Source: the human T2T-CHM13v2.0 reference genome, Homo sapiens. Taken from it: a stretch of 64,000 bases of DNA. Location of the stretch: NCBI RefSeq assembly GCF_009914755.1, contig NC_060925.1; one strand, 5' to 3'. Below are positions 60,681 to 64,000 of this stretch, in pieces (positions within the stretch are counted from its first letter, which is position 1; each line of letters begins with the position of its first letter). The notes beneath the pieces are model-generated. The model made no database searches. It was not told where the DNA came from and worked only from the letters and a program-made list of their open reading frames with translations. A program made the position numbers and the translations under genes.

Positions 60681-62140
60681 AGATAAGAGATATGTTTCTT
60701 TTTCTAATGGCGCTTTCCTATTCCATCACCACTGGAATCACATGCAGGAAGACAGCAGGTCTTGTATCTGGTTTCTTTGTTCAGAGGTATTGTGGTCAAA
60801 CTTATGTTACGGTGATGAGTTTCAGTTCTCAGGATTCAGAAATTTAGTTAAGGGTCAATTGGTTATGAGTTTTGTGTTGGGTTCTAGTTTTGTTTTCAGT
60901 ACCTAACCTAAGCTGTGTGACAAATACCTAAGCTGTGTGACAAGGGATTATTTTTTAAAGTTTGGAAAAGTTCCCAGACTATTCAGCATTGGTTTTTAAT
61001 TTCTTTTCTTAATCTGATAATATTTGGGTGAGCTGGCAATTTATTACTGTAAGAAGACCAAAGGGAAACAATCAAAGTTGCCTTTCATCAGCTTTTTATT
61101 TCTTTTAAGCCTCTTTTTTATTCTATTCTTGACCTGGTTATCATGCAGTGAGTGATGGTTATCCACAACTGGGATGTTAGTTCTCATAACAGTTCCAAAA
61201 TCCAACAGCTTTCTTTGGTTACACAGCATGGAAAGAGTTCTACCAGTGACATGATTAGATAAAGATACTGAAAGTGTGTCTGGACTTTAACCTCTTCATA
61301 GGTCATTATGAAAGCAACATTTTCATATAGGAGTTGTACATAAAATTGCAAGTGGCTATTTTAAAAGTTGTTTGTATGAAAAGTTAAATATTCTAGATTT
61401 AAATAAAATTGTAAAATAGATGAGAGTATATTATAGCATTTTAAAAAATGTTTTGCGTTGATTTCCAAAATCAACTTTACATGGTTGGTTGTCTGGAAGG
61501 ACATATATCCATCCAGACAGTAAAATAATGACCTTACATGTGTGTAGATTAGAAAGGGAAGTAGGAATTAGCCTGGATAATCAAAATCTACAAATAATCA
61601 AAACCCTTTACTTGAGTGCTGAGGAATTTATTTGAGCTTATTCCTCTTGTAGCCAACAAACATTGGGAGAGCCAAAAGACCAAAGAGGGACAAGAGAGAG
61701 AATAGAAAAAAGTACAGAGAACTGTAGTAATATCAATAGCTAAAATTTATTGAACATTTACTCTTTGTCAGTGCTGTACCAAGCACTTACATTTATTGTC
61801 TCATTTAATACATTTGATAACCATAAACACCAAGTTTACTATCTCATTTTAATGACAAGGACACTGAACAGAGAAGTTAAGTAATCATGTAAGATCACAT
61901 AACTTAGTAAATGCTGGAGCCAGCAATCTGGATCAGGAGCCTCAGCCTTAACCAGTAAGGCATGTAACTGTTCTAGTGAAACTACTGTCTCTTCTTTAAA
62001 TAGCTCCTAGATTATTACCAGTATCACTGACTATTGAATCTGACTTGGAAAGAGAGATGACGACAACAAAAGCTATATTAAGGAAAAATGTAACAGAATT
62101 ACAGGAACAGACAAACCTAGATTAGTAAAAAGTCAGAATG

Positions 62141-62414
62141 TTTTGTTTTGTTTTGTTTTGTTTTTTTTGAGACAGGATCTCGCTCTGTCACCCAGGCTGG
62201 AGTGCAGTAGCACCATCATGGCTCACTGCAGCCTCAAACTCCTGGCCTCAAGCAATTCTCTTGCCTCAGCCTCCCTAATAGCTGGGACTATAGGTGTGCT
62301 GGGGCCTCACCAACTTGTTGACCAAGCTGGTCTCAAACTCCCAACCTCAAGTGATCCTCCTGCCTCAGCATCCCAAGGTGCTGGGCTTACAGGTGTGAGC
62401 CACTGTGCCCAGCC
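62141..62414 (-). mobile_element. Alu with deleted central A-rich linker
   Basis: Reverse Alu; TSD aaagtcagaat. Confidence 0.85.
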
Positions 62415-62442
62415 AAAGTCAGAATTTTACATAATTTTAAAA

Positions 62443-62546
62443 TAGGTGTGGTGGTGCATGCCTGTAGTCCCAGATACTCAGAAGGCTGAGGCAGAAGGAT
62501 CACTTTGAGCCCAGGAAGTAGAGGTTGCAGTGAGCCATGATCATGC
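62443..62546 (+). mobile_element. Alu right-arm fragment
   Basis: ggtgtggtggtgcatgcctgtagtcccag...gcagtgagccatgatc. Confidence 0.8.
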
Positions 62547-62555
62547 GCTCGCTCA

Positions 62556-62617
<62 letters not shown>
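62547..62617. repeat. Compound (CTCG)n(CT)n(TA)n microsatellite
   Basis: Directly visible. Confidence 0.9.
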
Positions 62618-62621
<4 letters not shown>

Positions 62622-63181
62622 AGTATTTATAAGTATCTATGATAAAACTCAGGACCTGTTAAATTGTAACAAGTTCTGAATTAGTAGGGCCTGAATTACT
62701 GAGGTTTTTCTCATCTGAGGAGACCCTTCCCTGCCAAAACCAAGAAAATAAACTACAAAAGCATCCCCTGTCCCAAAAGTCTACATTTTAAAATACCTGT
62801 TCTGCTCTGGGAGGTGGTTTAGCCCCCTAAATAAGAACCTTGTGCATTTGAAGACTCAAGTTCCCTATTGGGGGTATGAAAGTGGAAGAATCAAAGAAAG
62901 CTTCAGTTCTTTATCCTTCTGAACTTCATCTTTCAAGGCAGAGTAGCACTTTGGGATGACTGTGGCCCTCGCAAGGCCCCAACTTATGTAAGATCACTTA
63001 CAAGTCACACATAATAGTGTCATTTTTCATGACCACCCAGTTTCAGACTTCAAGCTGATGTATCCACTAAGCTTGTTCCTTCCATTATCACCTTGCCAAG
63101 AATATCTAGTCAGTATTGGTCTCTCCCTTTCCTAACTACCCCTTTTTATTTACTGTATGTACTAGATGGTCTAACATTTGA

Positions 63182-63497
<316 letters not shown>

Positions 63498-64000
63498 AAC
63501 TTTCTTGAATTACACTCTGTTTTATGAGTGTGCATATTTTACCTCCTCAGAGAAGAGCTCTTTGAGATCAAAGAGCCATGTCTTAGATTCTGTAATTGTC
63601 GGTTTTATTCCTGTAAGTACTACTCACAAGGCTGGGCACATACAGGTGCTTAATGTAAATGCAGGGAATGAATGCTGCTGCCTGAGATTTGATCTCTCCG
63701 CTCCTATCCCATTTAGCCATCTGGAAAGGAGTCAGAGGCCACACACACTTGAGAATCTTATTTCTAACATGAAGGCTAACCATAGATCTTCCCAAGTCAA
63801 TTCAGATTCCTGTTTATTGCAATTTGCTAGTATATTGGTCACTCCAAAATATGTGAGTTAATATTTTTGTTTTTGTGGGAATCAAAAGAGAAAAAGCCTG
63901 TGGAATCTACTAGAAATAAAAAGTTCTACCCTATGTTACTTAGGTCCCAAGTATTAATATTTATTTCCTCATGAAATGTGAGGTCTGGAGAGCCTCACTA

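Noticed and set aside
60906-60943. Short tandem duplications (acctaagctgtgtgacaa x2; also 43626-43655 and 3819-3848)
   Set aside because: Ordinary slippage duplications; no spacer-array structure

Overview
Primate (very probably human) genomic DNA from inside PPP1R12B (MYPT2, myosin phosphatase targeting subunit 2), transcribed on the + strand. Five consecutive internal coding exons (2331-2421, 6912-7115, 9090-9279, 9367-9479, 10578-10619) splice in frame. They encode the ROCK inhibitory-site motif RRSTQGV and the MDKNENEEAD start of the heart small subunit HS-M21. A long intron follows. Inside it, an alternative first coding exon (ATG 53931, donor after 54032, [11 protein letters not shown]...KTLR) gives the N-terminus of the smooth-muscle M20 subunit. 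The rest is intronic and repeat-dense: about 25 Alus, L1/L2/MIR remnants, MER44, Tigger3, MER58 and a MER41B solo LTR. Almost all ORFs in the supplied track are Alu/L1 or chance ORFs. The less obvious items are: a retroposed SNORA70 + intron + RPL10-exon intermediate; a tailless 5'-half tRNA-Glu(CTC) retrocopy with TSD; a composite Alu/L1/extra-flank insertion within one 15-bp TSD; a twin-primed L1; a re-used target site; several templated micro-duplications and fold-backs; and candidate SRF/TEAD/STAT regulatory sites around the internal M20 promoter. I see no evidence for a wholly new multi-gene system. Gene and repeat identifications come from remembered sequences, not from searches, and repeat boundaries are approximate.
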